From assembly GCA_965207095.1 (NCBI GenBank), contig CBDBMC010000001.1:4625575-4689574 (forward strand): a DNA stretch of 64,000 nucleotides, read 5' to 3'. This DNA comes from Candidatus Poribacteria bacterium (lineage in GTDB: Bacteria; Poribacteria; WGA-4E; PCPOR2b). Below, in pieces: positions 51,191 to 61,255 of this stretch. How positions within the stretch are numbered: position 1 is the stretch's first letter; every line of letters starts with the position of its first letter. Under the pieces are notes generated by a model that saw only the letters and a list, made by a program, of their open reading frames with translations, was not told where the DNA came from and searched no databases. Made by a program: the position numbers and the translations under genes.

Positions 51191-52345
51191 ATGACTATAC
51201 CAATCCGCAATATACATACAAATAGACGTGTAATTATCGTCGGTGGCGGGGTAATCGGACTCGGCATCGGCTGGCAGCTGGCAAAAGCAGGTTGCACTGT
51301 CTCCATCTATGAACGCGATCAAGCTGGACGTGCTGCGTCCTGGGCAGCTGCAGGGATGTTAGCACCGCACGCGGAGGTCCATTTTGAGGAACGTGAACTG
51401 CTTCGATTGGGCGTTCAGAGTTGTCGGATGTATCCTGAGTGGATTGCCGAGTTAGAGACTGATAGCCAGATGAGCGCTGGATATCGCGCAGAAGGCACAC
51501 TTATCGTCGGGGTAGATCGGGACGATGCACGCGAGTTGGAACACCTCTACGAATCTCAAAAACTTTTGGATTTGAAAGTGGAGTGGATCCCCGGCATAGA
51601 GGCGCGGGAAATAGAGCCGCTACTCTCTCCTAAAATTACCGCAGCGATTTGGAGCAAGGATGATCATCAGGTTGACAACCGCGCGATGGTTGAGGCGCTG
51701 ATTGAGGCATTTCGCCGAGCGGGCGGTATAGTGCACGAAGAGACCCCTGTTGATAAAATTGAGATTGTGAACGGAAAAGCAGAAGGAATTTGGGTCAAGG
51801 ACAATTTAGAAGAAGCTGATGTCATTGTGTTGGCGGCAGGATGCTGGTCGAGCGATATTAACGGCTTACCTAAAGGACTGCAACCACCTGTTCGTCCTGT
51901 CAAAGGACAGATGCTCGCGTTGCAGATGGAGGAAGGAATTGTTCTGGAAAAGGTTATCCGCGCACCGCGTGCCAAGTATCCAACGGATGTCTATTTGGTC
52001 CCAAAGGATGATGGTCGCTTGGTAATTGGCGCGACGAGCGAAGAGATGGGTTTCGACACACGATTGACCGCGGGAGGGTTATTTGAACTTCTCAGAGGCA
52101 CTTGGGAGGCTGTTCCGGGCATATACGATCTCCCTGTTTTGGAAACTTGGGCAGGCCTGCGTCCGGGCAGTCGAGACAATGCGCCGATTCTGGGTGAGAC
52201 GGGAGTTGAAAATCTCATCATGGCAACGGGCCACTATCGGAACGGGATATTGCTCACACCCATCACCGCCCGTGAAATCGCTTCGCTTATTTTAACAGGC
52301 GAAACACCGGAACCTATCGCACCTTTTAACTTGTCTCGGTTTTAA
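51191..52345 (+). CDS. thiO: Glycine oxidase (FAD-dependent), thiazole biosynthesis
   Basis: Start chosen at MTIPIRN so that the FAD motif VIIVGGGVIGLGIGWQLA sits near the N-terminus. DAO-family layout, located immediately upstream of thiS-thiG. Confidence 0.75.
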   Translation: MTIPIRNIHTNRRVIIVGGGVIGLGIGWQLAKAGCTVSIYERDQAGRAASWAAAGMLAPHAEVHFEERELLRLGVQSCRMYPEWIAELETDSQMSAGYRAEGTLIVGVDRDDARELEHLYESQKLLDLKVEWIPGIEAREIEPLLSPKITAAIWSKDDHQVDNRAMVEALIEAFRRAGGIVHEETPVDKIEIVNGKAEGIWVKDNLEEADVIVLAAGCWSSDINGLPKGLQPPVRPVKGQMLALQMEEGIVLEKVIRAPRAKYPTDVYLVPKDDGRLVIGATSEEMGFDTRLTAGGLFELLRGTWEAVPGIYDLPVLETWAGLRPGSRDNAPILGETGVENLIMATGHYRNGILLTPITAREIASLILTGETPEPIAPFNLSRF

Positions 52346-52364
52346 TGGTTAGGGAGGGGAGGAC

Positions 52365-52571
52365 ATGAACATAAAAGTGAACGGCGAAACCAAATCAGTT
52401 TCATCGGGATTAACCCTCCAACAACTGCTTTTACACCTGGAAATCGATCCCTCCCGACCGGGGATTGCTATTGCAATCAACCAGGAGGTAGTTTTCAGAA
52501 CGGAGTGGGAGGAAACAGAAATTCAGCCGGACAACGAGATTGAGATTATTCGGGCAGCACAGGGAGGATAA
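52365..52571 (+). CDS. thiS: Thiamine-biosynthesis sulfur carrier protein
   Basis: 68 aa ending in GG, located between thiO and thiG. Confidence 0.8.
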   Translation: MNIKVNGETKSVSSGLTLQQLLLHLEIDPSRPGIAIAINQEVVFRTEWEETEIQPDNEIEIIRAAQGG

Positions 52572-52666
52572 GTGTTCAGACGTAGATAAGAATTGATTTG
52601 GTAACACGCTGCGAAAATATATACCATACGAACAAAGATTAAAATTAGACCGAAAAAGAGGAAAAA

Positions 52667-53437
52667 ATGGACGGAATCAAAATTGGTGATAGCGCTTATC
52701 AGTCACGACTGTTAATCGGTACCGCCGGTTACCCCAACTTTGACGTAATGATCAGGTCGCTCGAAGCGAGCGGCGCGGAAATTGCCACTGTCGCCATGCG
52801 TCGGGTAAAACTCGGGGATGGTTCAGGGGAAAATCTATTCGACCTCCTCCGCGAGAAGGGATATACAATTTTACCAAACACTTCAGGCTGCTTCACAGCA
52901 AAGGATGCTGTGTTGACAGCGCAGCTTGCACGTGAGGCGCTCGGCACCTCCCTTGTCAAGCTTGAAGTCATCGGTGATGATCAGACCCTGTTTCCCGATG
53001 TTGAACAGCTGTTACCGGCAGCCGCGACGCTGGTTAAAGATGGGTTCACCGTGATGCCGTACTGCAACGATGATACGTGTAAGAAGTTGGAAGACATCGG
53101 GTGTGCAACGGTGATGCCGTTGGGTGCACCTATTGGATCGGGCATGGGTATCCGCAATCCGTACAATATCCAGATCATTCGCGACACTGTCAGCGTTCCT
53201 GTCATCGTTGATGCAGGGGTGGGAACAGCCTCTGACGCAGCAATTGCGATGGAACTGGGCTGTGACGGTGTTCTACTCAGCACGGCGGTTGCCAAAGCCC
53301 GGCAGCCGGTACTGATGGCAAGTGCTATGCGGAAGGCGGTTGAGGCGGGTAGGGAGGCGTTTTTGGCGGGACGGATTCCGAGAAAACTTTACGCGACAGC
53401 TTCGAGCCCTTTGGAAGGTATGATTGGTCAGGAATAA
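52667..53437 (+). CDS. thiG: Thiazole synthase
   Basis: 256 aa. Typical ThiG sequence ([10 protein letters not shown], the Schiff-base Lys region, [14 protein letters not shown]). Confidence 0.9.
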   Translation: MDGIKIGDSAYQSRLLIGTAGYPNFDVMIRSLEASGAEIATVAMRRVKLGDGSGENLFDLLREKGYTILPNTSGCFTAKDAVLTAQLAREALGTSLVKLEVIGDDQTLFPDVEQLLPAAATLVKDGFTVMPYCNDDTCKKLEDIGCATVMPLGAPIGSGMGIRNPYNIQIIRDTVSVPVIVDAGVGTASDAAIAMELGCDGVLLSTAVAKARQPVLMASAMRKAVEAGREAFLAGRIPRKLYATASSPLEGMIGQE

Positions 53438-53455
53438 TTGAGGACAATTTTCTAT

Positions 53456-54470
53456 GCCAGATGATGAGAAATCATCAGCACATCAACGGCTTGAAGCCGA
53501 GGGACAAACACCGGAAACAGAGACATTAGGGCAACTGCGACAACTCGCCGAGGGCGGTGATCCAAGATAACCTTACTGGATGTATCAAAATGGCATCCCT
53601 CATAATGATGCAGAAGTACATTCAAGATGTTGAGAGCACCATTAATTTAGAAGGTCACAGAAACCTAACATGGGTCCCGAAGATATAGTGGTAGAGAAAG
53701 TTGTTGCATTACTTTCGAAAAGCAGTTATCTGCTCAGAATGACCTCGGCTGGCTGCACCAAAATGGTCGAGGAGTCCCCCAAGACGATGTGAAGGCAGTC
53801 GAATGGTATAGAAGAGCTGCTGAAGGTGATTATGCCATAGCCCAAGATAACTTAGGTTGGATGTATCAACATGGCAGAGGCGTCCCTCAAGATGATGTGG
53901 AGGCAGTCAAATGGTATCGAAAAGCTGCCGAAGGTGGCTCTCTTGCAAAAGCCCAAGACAACTTAGGCTGGATGTATCAGCACGGCAGAGGTGTTCCGCA
54001 AAGTGATGTGGAAGCAATTAAGTGGTATTGTAAAGCCGCTGAAGGTGGCTATTCCGCAGCCCAAGATAATCTTGATTGGATATATCAAAATGGTAGGGGC
54101 GTTGAGTAGATCAAGTGTAATTTACGCTGGCCTACTCCCACTTCCGAATATCGACAAAATGCCCGGCGATCGCAGCGCCTGCAGCCATCTGTGGACTGAC
54201 GAGATGCGTACGTCCTCCCTTGCAATGAAAAGGTTGAAAGCGCCCAACAGAAAATTGATGGACTATCAAGACAACAACAGGAAATTCAAATAAAAAGGCA
54301 AAAACTCCAATTGAGGTTCAAATTGCTGTCTTAAAAGCTGAATGGAAAACTTACAAGACGAGATTAGCCAACTCAATGAGAAAGTTAAGAACTCAACGGG
54401 AGATAGGCCAAAGCCAAGAAAAAATTGAGGATTTGTCAGCGCGACGGTAATAAAATGGAATCGCAGGTCA
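53456..54470 (+). pseudogene. Decayed gene remnants: Sel1-repeat gene fragments and a coiled-coil fragment
   Basis: Sel1 units (NLGWMYQHGRGVPQDDVEAVKWYRKAAEGG) are spread over three frames with no intact start. The frame carrying 53789-54109 is open back to the stop at 53666, with no ATG. A separate short heptad-like fragment follows. Confidence 0.45.
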
Positions 54471-54573
54471 ACAATTCTTGAATGGATGGTGAAGTTTGTT
54501 GCTCATAGTGCAGATGGAACAACTGACGTATCCGCTCAAATCAACAGAATTAGACAAGTTGCATACGAGACGC

Positions 54574-55890
54574 TCAACCCTGTCTGCCCTCGAAATTTCG
54601 GTTCGACGTGCTGGCACAGCGTTCACCCGGCATTAGGATATCGGGATTCATGCCGAGGCACATGCTACAGCCGGACTCACGCCATTCAAAGCCCGCCTGA
54701 CGGAAAACTTCGTCCAAACCTTCCGCTTCCGCCTGTCGCTTGATCGCCTGTGACCCCGGTACGACGAGCGCATTCACCGCCGGAGCAACCTTGCGTCCCT
54801 TGGCAACTTCAGCAGCAACGCGGAGGTCATCGATTCGAGAATTGGTACAACTCCCGATGAACACCTTATCGATCTGAATCTCCTCAATCGGCGTCAGGGG
54901 CTTTAAGTCCATATATGTCAGTGCATGCTCCGCTGCCTGTTTCTCATCCTGCGTCGGCATTTTATCTGGATCCGGCACATGTCCCGTTACCTCAGTCACC
55001 ATCCCCGGATTCGTTCCCCACGTCACCTGAGGTGCCAGCGTTGCAGCATCAATGGCGATTGACTTGTCGTAGACCGCCCCCTCATCTGTCGGCAACTGTT
55101 TCCACTGCTCGACTGCTTGGTCAAACGCCTCACCCTGCGGGCAGAACTCCCGCCCTGCGAGATATTCATAGGTCTTATCATCAGGCGCAATCATACCAGC
55201 GCGGGCACCCGCTTCAATCGACATATTGCAAACCGTCATCCGCTCCTCAACGCTCAACGCCCGGATGGCAGAGCCAGTGTATTCAATGACACAGCCGGTG
55301 CCGCCAGCGGTTCCGATTCTGCCGATAATCCCCAGAATGATATCCTTTGCAGTAACGCCACGTCCTAGTTGCCCATCAATCTCGATTTTGAAAGTTTGGG
55401 GACGTTGCTGCAAGAGGCACTGGGTCGCCAAGACATGCTCTACCTCACTGGTCCCGATGCCGATGGCGAGTGCCCCGAGCGCTCCATGGGTAGAGGTGTG
55501 ACTGTCGCCGCAAACGATCGTCTTCCCCGGTTGGGAGATACCGAGTTCAGGACCAATTACATGTACGATCCCTTGATTGGGGCTATGCAGGTCATATAGG
55601 GTGATGCCAGTTTCGGCGCAATTCTGAGCCAATACCTCCATCTGTTTGGCAGCAATCTCATCTTGGATTGGGAGCAATCGATCGGTGGTCGGCACATTGT
55701 GGTCCATAGTGGCAAAGGTCAGATCCGGCCGGCGCACCTTTCGTCCCGCGAGCCGGAGTCCCTCAAATGCCTGTGCAGATGTAATTTCGTGAACAAGGTG
55801 TGTATCAATATAAAGGATTGTCGTTTCGCCCGGTATTTCGTGGACGATGTGCGCGTCCCAAATTTTTTCAAACATCGTTTTCGGTGTCAT
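54574..55890 (-). CDS. leuC: 3-isopropylmalate dehydratase large subunit (aconitase family), apparently 3'-truncated
   Basis: 438 aa. Aconitase-family Fe-S ligand cysteines ([14 protein letters not shown]). The ORF stops directly after ...NRNFEGRQG, without the roughly 28 C-terminal residues normally present. No leuD is adjacent. Confidence 0.75.
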   Translation of the reverse strand: MTPKTMFEKIWDAHIVHEIPGETTILYIDTHLVHEITSAQAFEGLRLAGRKVRRPDLTFATMDHNVPTTDRLLPIQDEIAAKQMEVLAQNCAETGITLYDLHSPNQGIVHVIGPELGISQPGKTIVCGDSHTSTHGALGALAIGIGTSEVEHVLATQCLLQQRPQTFKIEIDGQLGRGVTAKDIILGIIGRIGTAGGTGCVIEYTGSAIRALSVEERMTVCNMSIEAGARAGMIAPDDKTYEYLAGREFCPQGEAFDQAVEQWKQLPTDEGAVYDKSIAIDAATLAPQVTWGTNPGMVTEVTGHVPDPDKMPTQDEKQAAEHALTYMDLKPLTPIEEIQIDKVFIGSCTNSRIDDLRVAAEVAKGRKVAPAVNALVVPGSQAIKRQAEAEGLDEVFRQAGFEWRESGCSMCLGMNPDILMPGERCASTSNRNFEGRQG

Positions 55891-56177
55891 CTATCTCTCC
55901 TGCCTATCAATAGCTTACAGAATTTATCTTAATTTCGATATTATTTAGTATACCCGATTCCTGCTCTCCTGTGCAATATCATAAGCAGATTCTACACATT
56001 GTCACCTCTCCTGGCCGCTTCATACTTGTCCAATACACTGGACTATGGTAAAATGAAAGAATGCAAAAGGTAAATCTACCATCCTGCAACCTGTAATGAA
56101 AAAGGCAATCAAATAACGATTGGGATAAAATCTAAAAGAAGCGAAAACATTGATAGTTACAGTCAAAGCAATCTACA

Positions 56178-56936
56178 ATGAAAATAACCTTTGATTCAAA
56201 CGTCTGGGAAAGGGTGATTAACGAAGAAGAGCATCACCTTGTAAAAATCAACAACAAGATCCGCGAAGGCAAAATTCAGGCATATATCTGTGAAATAGCT
56301 TTAGATTTAGAAGCGGTTCAGAAGGCAAAGAGGGCTGAGCTCTTTGGAAACTATGAGCCCTGTATAACAGTGGAACACTTGCCGCCTAAAAATGGAACGT
56401 TCTTTATGCAAGTACGTGTGAAGCCAAATACAGAACAGCACCCCGGCATCCCTCCCCAGCTGTGGGACAAACTTTTGAAAGCTCACGATCTCGGATTCAA
56501 GGTACTCGGAATGACAGATGGTCAGAGAACAGTCCGCACCGAAGAAATCTCTGATGATATGTATGAACGACAGGACGATATTGAGGAATTCTGGACGTAT
56601 GCTGAATTGCTTGACAATTGCAGTAATTTTATAACGGGACTGGGTTGCGGACAAGCAGCGTACAATCAATTTGAAGAACAATTTAATCTGGTTGGTTCAG
56701 GTGGTCCGAACATGCCCAGTGAACAGGAACAGAAATTCTCTAAAGCGATTGCCGAGTGGGTCGACGGTAATTCACTTTCGGCACACTACGCAGCGGGTAA
56801 TGACTTCTTTTGTACAGACGACAGGGCTGGAAATTCGGGAACTAGATCCATATTTCATGTGGAAAATAGGGCGCAACTGGAAAAAGCGTTTGGTATCAAA
56901 ATCATTTCCAGTTGTGAGGCTGCTCAACTCTGTTAA
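56178..56936 (+). CDS. Hypothetical cytoplasmic protein, no recognisable family
   Basis: 252 aa. No signal peptide and no motif recognisable by eye. Its stop abuts the family-2 MITE copy d. Confidence 0.5.
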   Translation: MKITFDSNVWERVINEEEHHLVKINNKIREGKIQAYICEIALDLEAVQKAKRAELFGNYEPCITVEHLPPKNGTFFMQVRVKPNTEQHPGIPPQLWDKLLKAHDLGFKVLGMTDGQRTVRTEEISDDMYERQDDIEEFWTYAELLDNCSNFITGLGCGQAAYNQFEEQFNLVGSGGPNMPSEQEQKFSKAIAEWVDGNSLSAHYAAGNDFFCTDDRAGNSGTRSIFHVENRAQLEKAFGIKIISSCEAAQLC

Positions 56937-56941
56937 TCTAA

Positions 56942-57556
56942 CCTAAGTTGCTAATTAGCCTGTAGGTCGCGTTTCCGCAGTCGCCACGAATTAGACTCAC
57001 TGAAGTAAGGATACACATGTCGCCCCGCTGGGGCTTGGGTGTATGGGTGCTATCCACATTCTATAAACATGTCGCCCCGCTGGGGCTATAAGTCGGGCAA
57101 GATGCCCGACCTACAGGTATTGGGGTTTGACTTTTACTGCGTCGCACATAATTGGGGGGTGTGCATGTGTAGCAGTCTTAGTAGATTAACCGTATTGCTT
57201 GCATACACATTGCGCTCCGCATGAAGATTAATTTATTAATTGGGTAATTTCCGAGCGATGTCCGGTGCGGTTGGAAACCGCACCTACCGGGTCTGGGGGA
57301 AATATAGAATTACCCGTTTTATTTCTTAAAACTCATCTGGAGCGCAGGCATTGACCTTATCGCCGTTCTATAGACATATCGCTCCGCTGGAGCGCAGGTC
57401 TCTGTCGGATCATCAGGACTTTCGCGTGTTCGGCTTGCTGAAAGAACGTGAATCTAGTAGCAGTTTTGTTCGCTTATCGATATTTCCTGCGTAATCAGCT
57501 GCCTCCGCGATTCAAACAATAATGATGCACACCCCTCACATAATTAGCAACTTGCG
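56942..57556 (+). mobile_element. MITE-like element, family 2, copy d (615 bp composite)
   Basis: Termini CCTAAGTTGCTAATTAGCC ... TAATTAGCAACTTGCG, a roughly 17-bp inverted match. Contains two ACATGTCGCCCCGCTGGGGCT hairpins and the 175-bp block 57209-57385 shared with copy a. Confidence 0.75.
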
Positions 57557-57610
57557 TTATTACACGATAATCCAGAACCCGTACGAGTACCCAACAAAAC
57601 GAGGAAATTC

Positions 57611-58885
57611 ATGACAAGGATTGGTATTGCCAGTATCGACATAACCCCTCAACATCCAGTTTGGCTAACGGGCTATGGGAACCGTGACCACAGATCGGAA
57701 GGCGTCTATCAGCCGCTTATCGCCGGGGCTATCTCTATTGCTGGTGACACAGACGAGGTATTGATCTTAACCGCGGACCTTATCGGATATGACCTTGCCT
57801 ACGCGGCGGCAGCAAAGAACCGGATTGCAGAATCCACTGGCTTGCTACCGCGTCAGGTCGTTTTGACGGCGACACATACCCACTGTGCTCCGTTCTTCTA
57901 TCCGATGGCGATGCCGGGTGAGGTAGAGAAGGGGTATGCAGAATTTCTCTTGGACCAGCTTGTTCAGGTTGCAGTTTCGGCGAAAAATCAACAGGTCGAA
58001 GGAGCAGTTGCATTTTCGAGGGGACGCTCCGACTTTGGCGTCAGCCGCCGCCTGCCCGATGGGCGAGGAGGTGTGCTGTTCGCCCCAAATCCGGATGGTC
58101 CGATGGATCGGGATCTCGATACGCTCTGGTTTAACAACGCAGATGGAGAATTGATTGGCAGCCTTACTGTTTTCGGGTGCCACCCAACGAGTCGAGGTGG
58201 GTATCTAATTGGCGGGGATTATCCGGGATTTCTGTGCCGTGCGTTGAGCGAGCAGACAGGAGCTCCATCGTTTTTTTCGACTGGCTGCGCGGGAAATATT
58301 CGCCCATGGTTTAAGGGTGAGAATAACGGGTTTAATACGCCAACCCTCGAAGAGCTGGAAGTCGCCTCCCGACGGATAGCGACAGAGGTGATGCAGTCCG
58401 GAAAAGACACAACCCCGGTGAACACTGAAGGGCTGTGTATCACGAGCGAATTTCATCACTTACCTTATGCCGAACTGCCCGATGCCGCTGCGCTCCGCGA
58501 TCAGGCAGAAAACCACAGCAATTCGTTCATTAGACATTGGGCATCAGAAATGCTGCAACTATCTGAGGCCGGCGGATTGCCCCAGAGCTGTCCACAAGAG
58601 GTGCAGGTGTTGCAATTCAACGAAACGATACGCGCAATTTTCCTCGGTGGCGAGGTATTAGCAGAAATAGGCCTGCACATCAAAAGCGTGCTTCAGCCTG
58701 CAACGACGATTACAGTCGCTTATAGTAATGGCTTAATCGCTTATGTACCGAGTAAGGAAACATACGACCTCGGCGGATACGAGGTAGACCGTTCACACTT
58801 CTACTTTTTGCGCCCTGCCCCGTTTTCGAAGGGCACTGAAGACTTGATTGTTACCAAAACAGTAGCTATAGTTGAGAGGCTATAA
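57611..58885 (+). CDS. Neutral/alkaline ceramidase-like hydrolase (putative)
   Basis: 424 aa. N-terminal IGIASIDITP...GYG resembles the ceramidase N-terminal domain. No signal peptide. Functional assignment is tentative. Confidence 0.45.
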   Translation: MTRIGIASIDITPQHPVWLTGYGNRDHRSEGVYQPLIAGAISIAGDTDEVLILTADLIGYDLAYAAAAKNRIAESTGLLPRQVVLTATHTHCAPFFYPMAMPGEVEKGYAEFLLDQLVQVAVSAKNQQVEGAVAFSRGRSDFGVSRRLPDGRGGVLFAPNPDGPMDRDLDTLWFNNADGELIGSLTVFGCHPTSRGGYLIGGDYPGFLCRALSEQTGAPSFFSTGCAGNIRPWFKGENNGFNTPTLEELEVASRRIATEVMQSGKDTTPVNTEGLCITSEFHHLPYAELPDAAALRDQAENHSNSFIRHWASEMLQLSEAGGLPQSCPQEVQVLQFNETIRAIFLGGEVLAEIGLHIKSVLQPATTITVAYSNGLIAYVPSKETYDLGGYEVDRSHFYFLRPAPFSKGTEDLIVTKTVAIVERL

Positions 58886-58975
58886 CAGAGAATGTACTGG
58901 CTCGAAGTCAAGCATCGATTGGGGTGCGTCTCCGCACCCACATACCACTTCTGAGGATTTTTTCGGAAAAAGTCT

Positions 58976-60316
58976 ATGAAGAATCTTAAAATCGCAACTT
59001 TCATTATTGCCTATCTGCCCCTGATCTGCGGCTGCCAGCCAACACTCCAACAGGTTTTTACTGACGCGAGTGAAATAGACAAACAGCTTGTCAACTATGC
59101 CCTTCCCGAAAATGGAGGTATGATTTATGTGTCTCAAGATAACCCTGATCATCCCGCTTCAACCTTGACCAACGGAATTGTTAGTTCCGAAAACTGGAAT
59201 AAAGGTGAGGGGTGGGAATCGCCTTTTGATGGTGAATACGAATATGGGGGATACATGGAGGTTGGAGAACGTGAGCAGTTAGCTACCTTCGGTATGGGAA
59301 GCGGTGCAACACGGCCGCGCCAAAATAGGAATCAGAGAGATTACGGAAGCGTAGATCTTTACGGCTCTGGGATAGACAGCACTGGTTCTTCGGCGGTGGG
59401 GTGGGCTGTTATCCGGTTTGCGGAGGAAGAGTTAGTAACCCGTGTTATCGTTCACAGCGTCGATTCAGATAAGTATCCTGCCAGCCAGTACGGACTCAGC
59501 GATTTTGCTGTGCAATATTGGACACCCCATGCAAACAGCTGGAAGCACGTCGATCGGATCGGGAAGAAAATTGGAGAGCAACATAACAGTATCCGTAACA
59601 ACAAGCAGGGACGAGTTGTCGTGCGTTTTAAGCCGGTACGGACGTCACGGATCCGCCTGCTTATTCGGTTGACAAACGATACCGAAACCTACAATAAGAG
59701 GCGTTCCGTTGGCTTCGTCCGCGGGATATACAGCCGCATCAGTCTGCATTCCATGCGCGGGACTATTCGGCTCACCGAAATCGAGATTTATGGACTTGAA
59801 AAGAGAGACGAAGCGTCATCAACCGCATCAAGGCAGGATACAACTGACGAACAGATGCTTGATGCGATTTTCTCAGAAGAATTGACTGCGCCCATGTCCT
59901 CGGGGGCAGCTACAGCCGTCTCCGAGGATCTTCTGTCTGTGGAGATGGGGGCAGCGGTCGGTCCACAAGGATCTATTGAAGCCGTTATCCGCCGGTATGC
60001 GTCTGCTTATTCGAATCGCGATCTGCCTGCATTGATGGCCACTATATCACCTAACTATTTGAGAGATGGTGAGAATTACGATCAGTTACGCAAAAAGATG
60101 GCGGATGTGTTCCGAAGATTTACGCAAATTGATTTTTCATTGCAAGACTTGCACATTGAAGACGAAACCGGGACAGCAACAGTTGATGCAGATTACACGG
60201 TCCTCCTAATTCCGGCAGGAAGCTCGCCTTCAACGCTCTCAGGCAAGCTGTTTTTTGGACTGACTGAGTCTGAAAATGGGTGGCGTATCTCAAGAATCGA
60301 CACCCAAGAACGGTGA
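58976..60316 (+). CDS. Lipoprotein with galactose-binding-like (F5/8 type C-like) domain and C-terminal NTF2/SnoaL-like domain
   Basis: Lipobox LICGC. The middle beta-sandwich-like region ends with the RLTEIEIYG motif. The C-terminal roughly 120 aa have an NTF2-like pattern. Confidence 0.5.
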   Translation: MKNLKIATFIIAYLPLICGCQPTLQQVFTDASEIDKQLVNYALPENGGMIYVSQDNPDHPASTLTNGIVSSENWNKGEGWESPFDGEYEYGGYMEVGEREQLATFGMGSGATRPRQNRNQRDYGSVDLYGSGIDSTGSSAVGWAVIRFAEEELVTRVIVHSVDSDKYPASQYGLSDFAVQYWTPHANSWKHVDRIGKKIGEQHNSIRNNKQGRVVVRFKPVRTSRIRLLIRLTNDTETYNKRRSVGFVRGIYSRISLHSMRGTIRLTEIEIYGLEKRDEASSTASRQDTTDEQMLDAIFSEELTAPMSSGAATAVSEDLLSVEMGAAVGPQGSIEAVIRRYASAYSNRDLPALMATISPNYLRDGENYDQLRKKMADVFRRFTQIDFSLQDLHIEDETGTATVDADYTVLLIPAGSSPSTLSGKLFFGLTESENGWRISRIDTQER

Positions 60317-60390
60317 TATGAATTGTAGACTTCCATGTTAGATGCTTTACACTTCCCGACTCTCTTGCGTACTCTCACGGATCGGAATTC

Positions 60391-61254
60391 ATGATGCTAT
60401 ACAATAGTTCTTTAAAGCCAACCGCCAAGGGTTTAATATCGTGCTTCTTAGTCATCGCTTTTTGCCTTCTGATAGCACTGACTGGATGCGGAGGTTCGGC
60501 TGCAAATTTTCAGTTATCCCCCGCTGATGCCGAGAAATTGAATCCAATTCTCGCGGAACTTCAACTGAGTTACGATTTGACTTCGACTTTAAGAATTCTG
60601 CAGCTGATAGTAACTATAGAGGAAGAGGGCAAAAAAGAAGAGGTCCGAGAGTCGCTCTGGTACAAGAGGTCCGAGACAGATGGCGATATGCTGCACATTC
60701 AAGCGATGGGTCCACTGAATGAGCCACGAGTGGTTGCTATCGCCGCGCAAGACCAATTCTTGCTTTACCTTGTCAATGAAGAAGAGGTGATTTTTGAACC
60801 GTTGGAAGATCAGGTGCTCCAAGAAATTTTCGGAGTAGATCTTCGGGTTTCCGATGTGCGTAGTGCGATTTTCGCCAACCCCTTCCTCGATGGACGCACA
60901 CACGAGTTATCTTTAGCACATTCCGGCGCAAAATATGTGGTGACACGTCGCGGCGTCGTTTCCGGTCAGATTGAGCAGATAACCATCTTTATGCGCGATT
61001 CGGAGCCGCAAGTCAGCGATTGGGAAGTACGCAATAGCAGTGGCACCACTGTTCAACGGGCAAAGTTTTCAGACTATCGAGAAGTCGGTGGTATCCTCCG
61101 ACCACACAAGATTGAGATTGAGCGTCCCATCGAACAGACGCGGGTTATGCTGAAGATTGTGAAGCCTGAGATCAACCTCGACATCAGTGACAGCAAGTTT
61201 GAGTTTGAGCGATTCTTGCAGCAGGGCAGAAAGCGCCGAATTATGGGGAAATAG
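60391..61254 (+). CDS. Outer-membrane lipoprotein, LolB-like (by position upstream of ispE)
   Basis: Lipobox LTGCGGS. Size and location match lolB in the conserved lolB-ispE cluster. Sequence similarity was not verifiable by eye. Confidence 0.45.
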   Translation: MMLYNSSLKPTAKGLISCFLVIAFCLLIALTGCGGSAANFQLSPADAEKLNPILAELQLSYDLTSTLRILQLIVTIEEEGKKEEVRESLWYKRSETDGDMLHIQAMGPLNEPRVVAIAAQDQFLLYLVNEEEVIFEPLEDQVLQEIFGVDLRVSDVRSAIFANPFLDGRTHELSLAHSGAKYVVTRRGVVSGQIEQITIFMRDSEPQVSDWEVRNSSGTTVQRAKFSDYREVGGILRPHKIEIERPIEQTRVMLKIVKPEINLDISDSKFEFERFLQQGRKRRIMGK

Positions 61255-61255
61255 C

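Noticed and set aside
57013-57090. Possible CRISPR array, from the repeated ACATGTCGCCCCGCTGGGGCT units spaced about 52 bp apart
   Set aside because: Repeat units are only 21-26 nt and there are only 2-3 per cluster. Spacing is too short for repeat plus spacer. The same unit is scattered singly across the window, and no cas genes are present.
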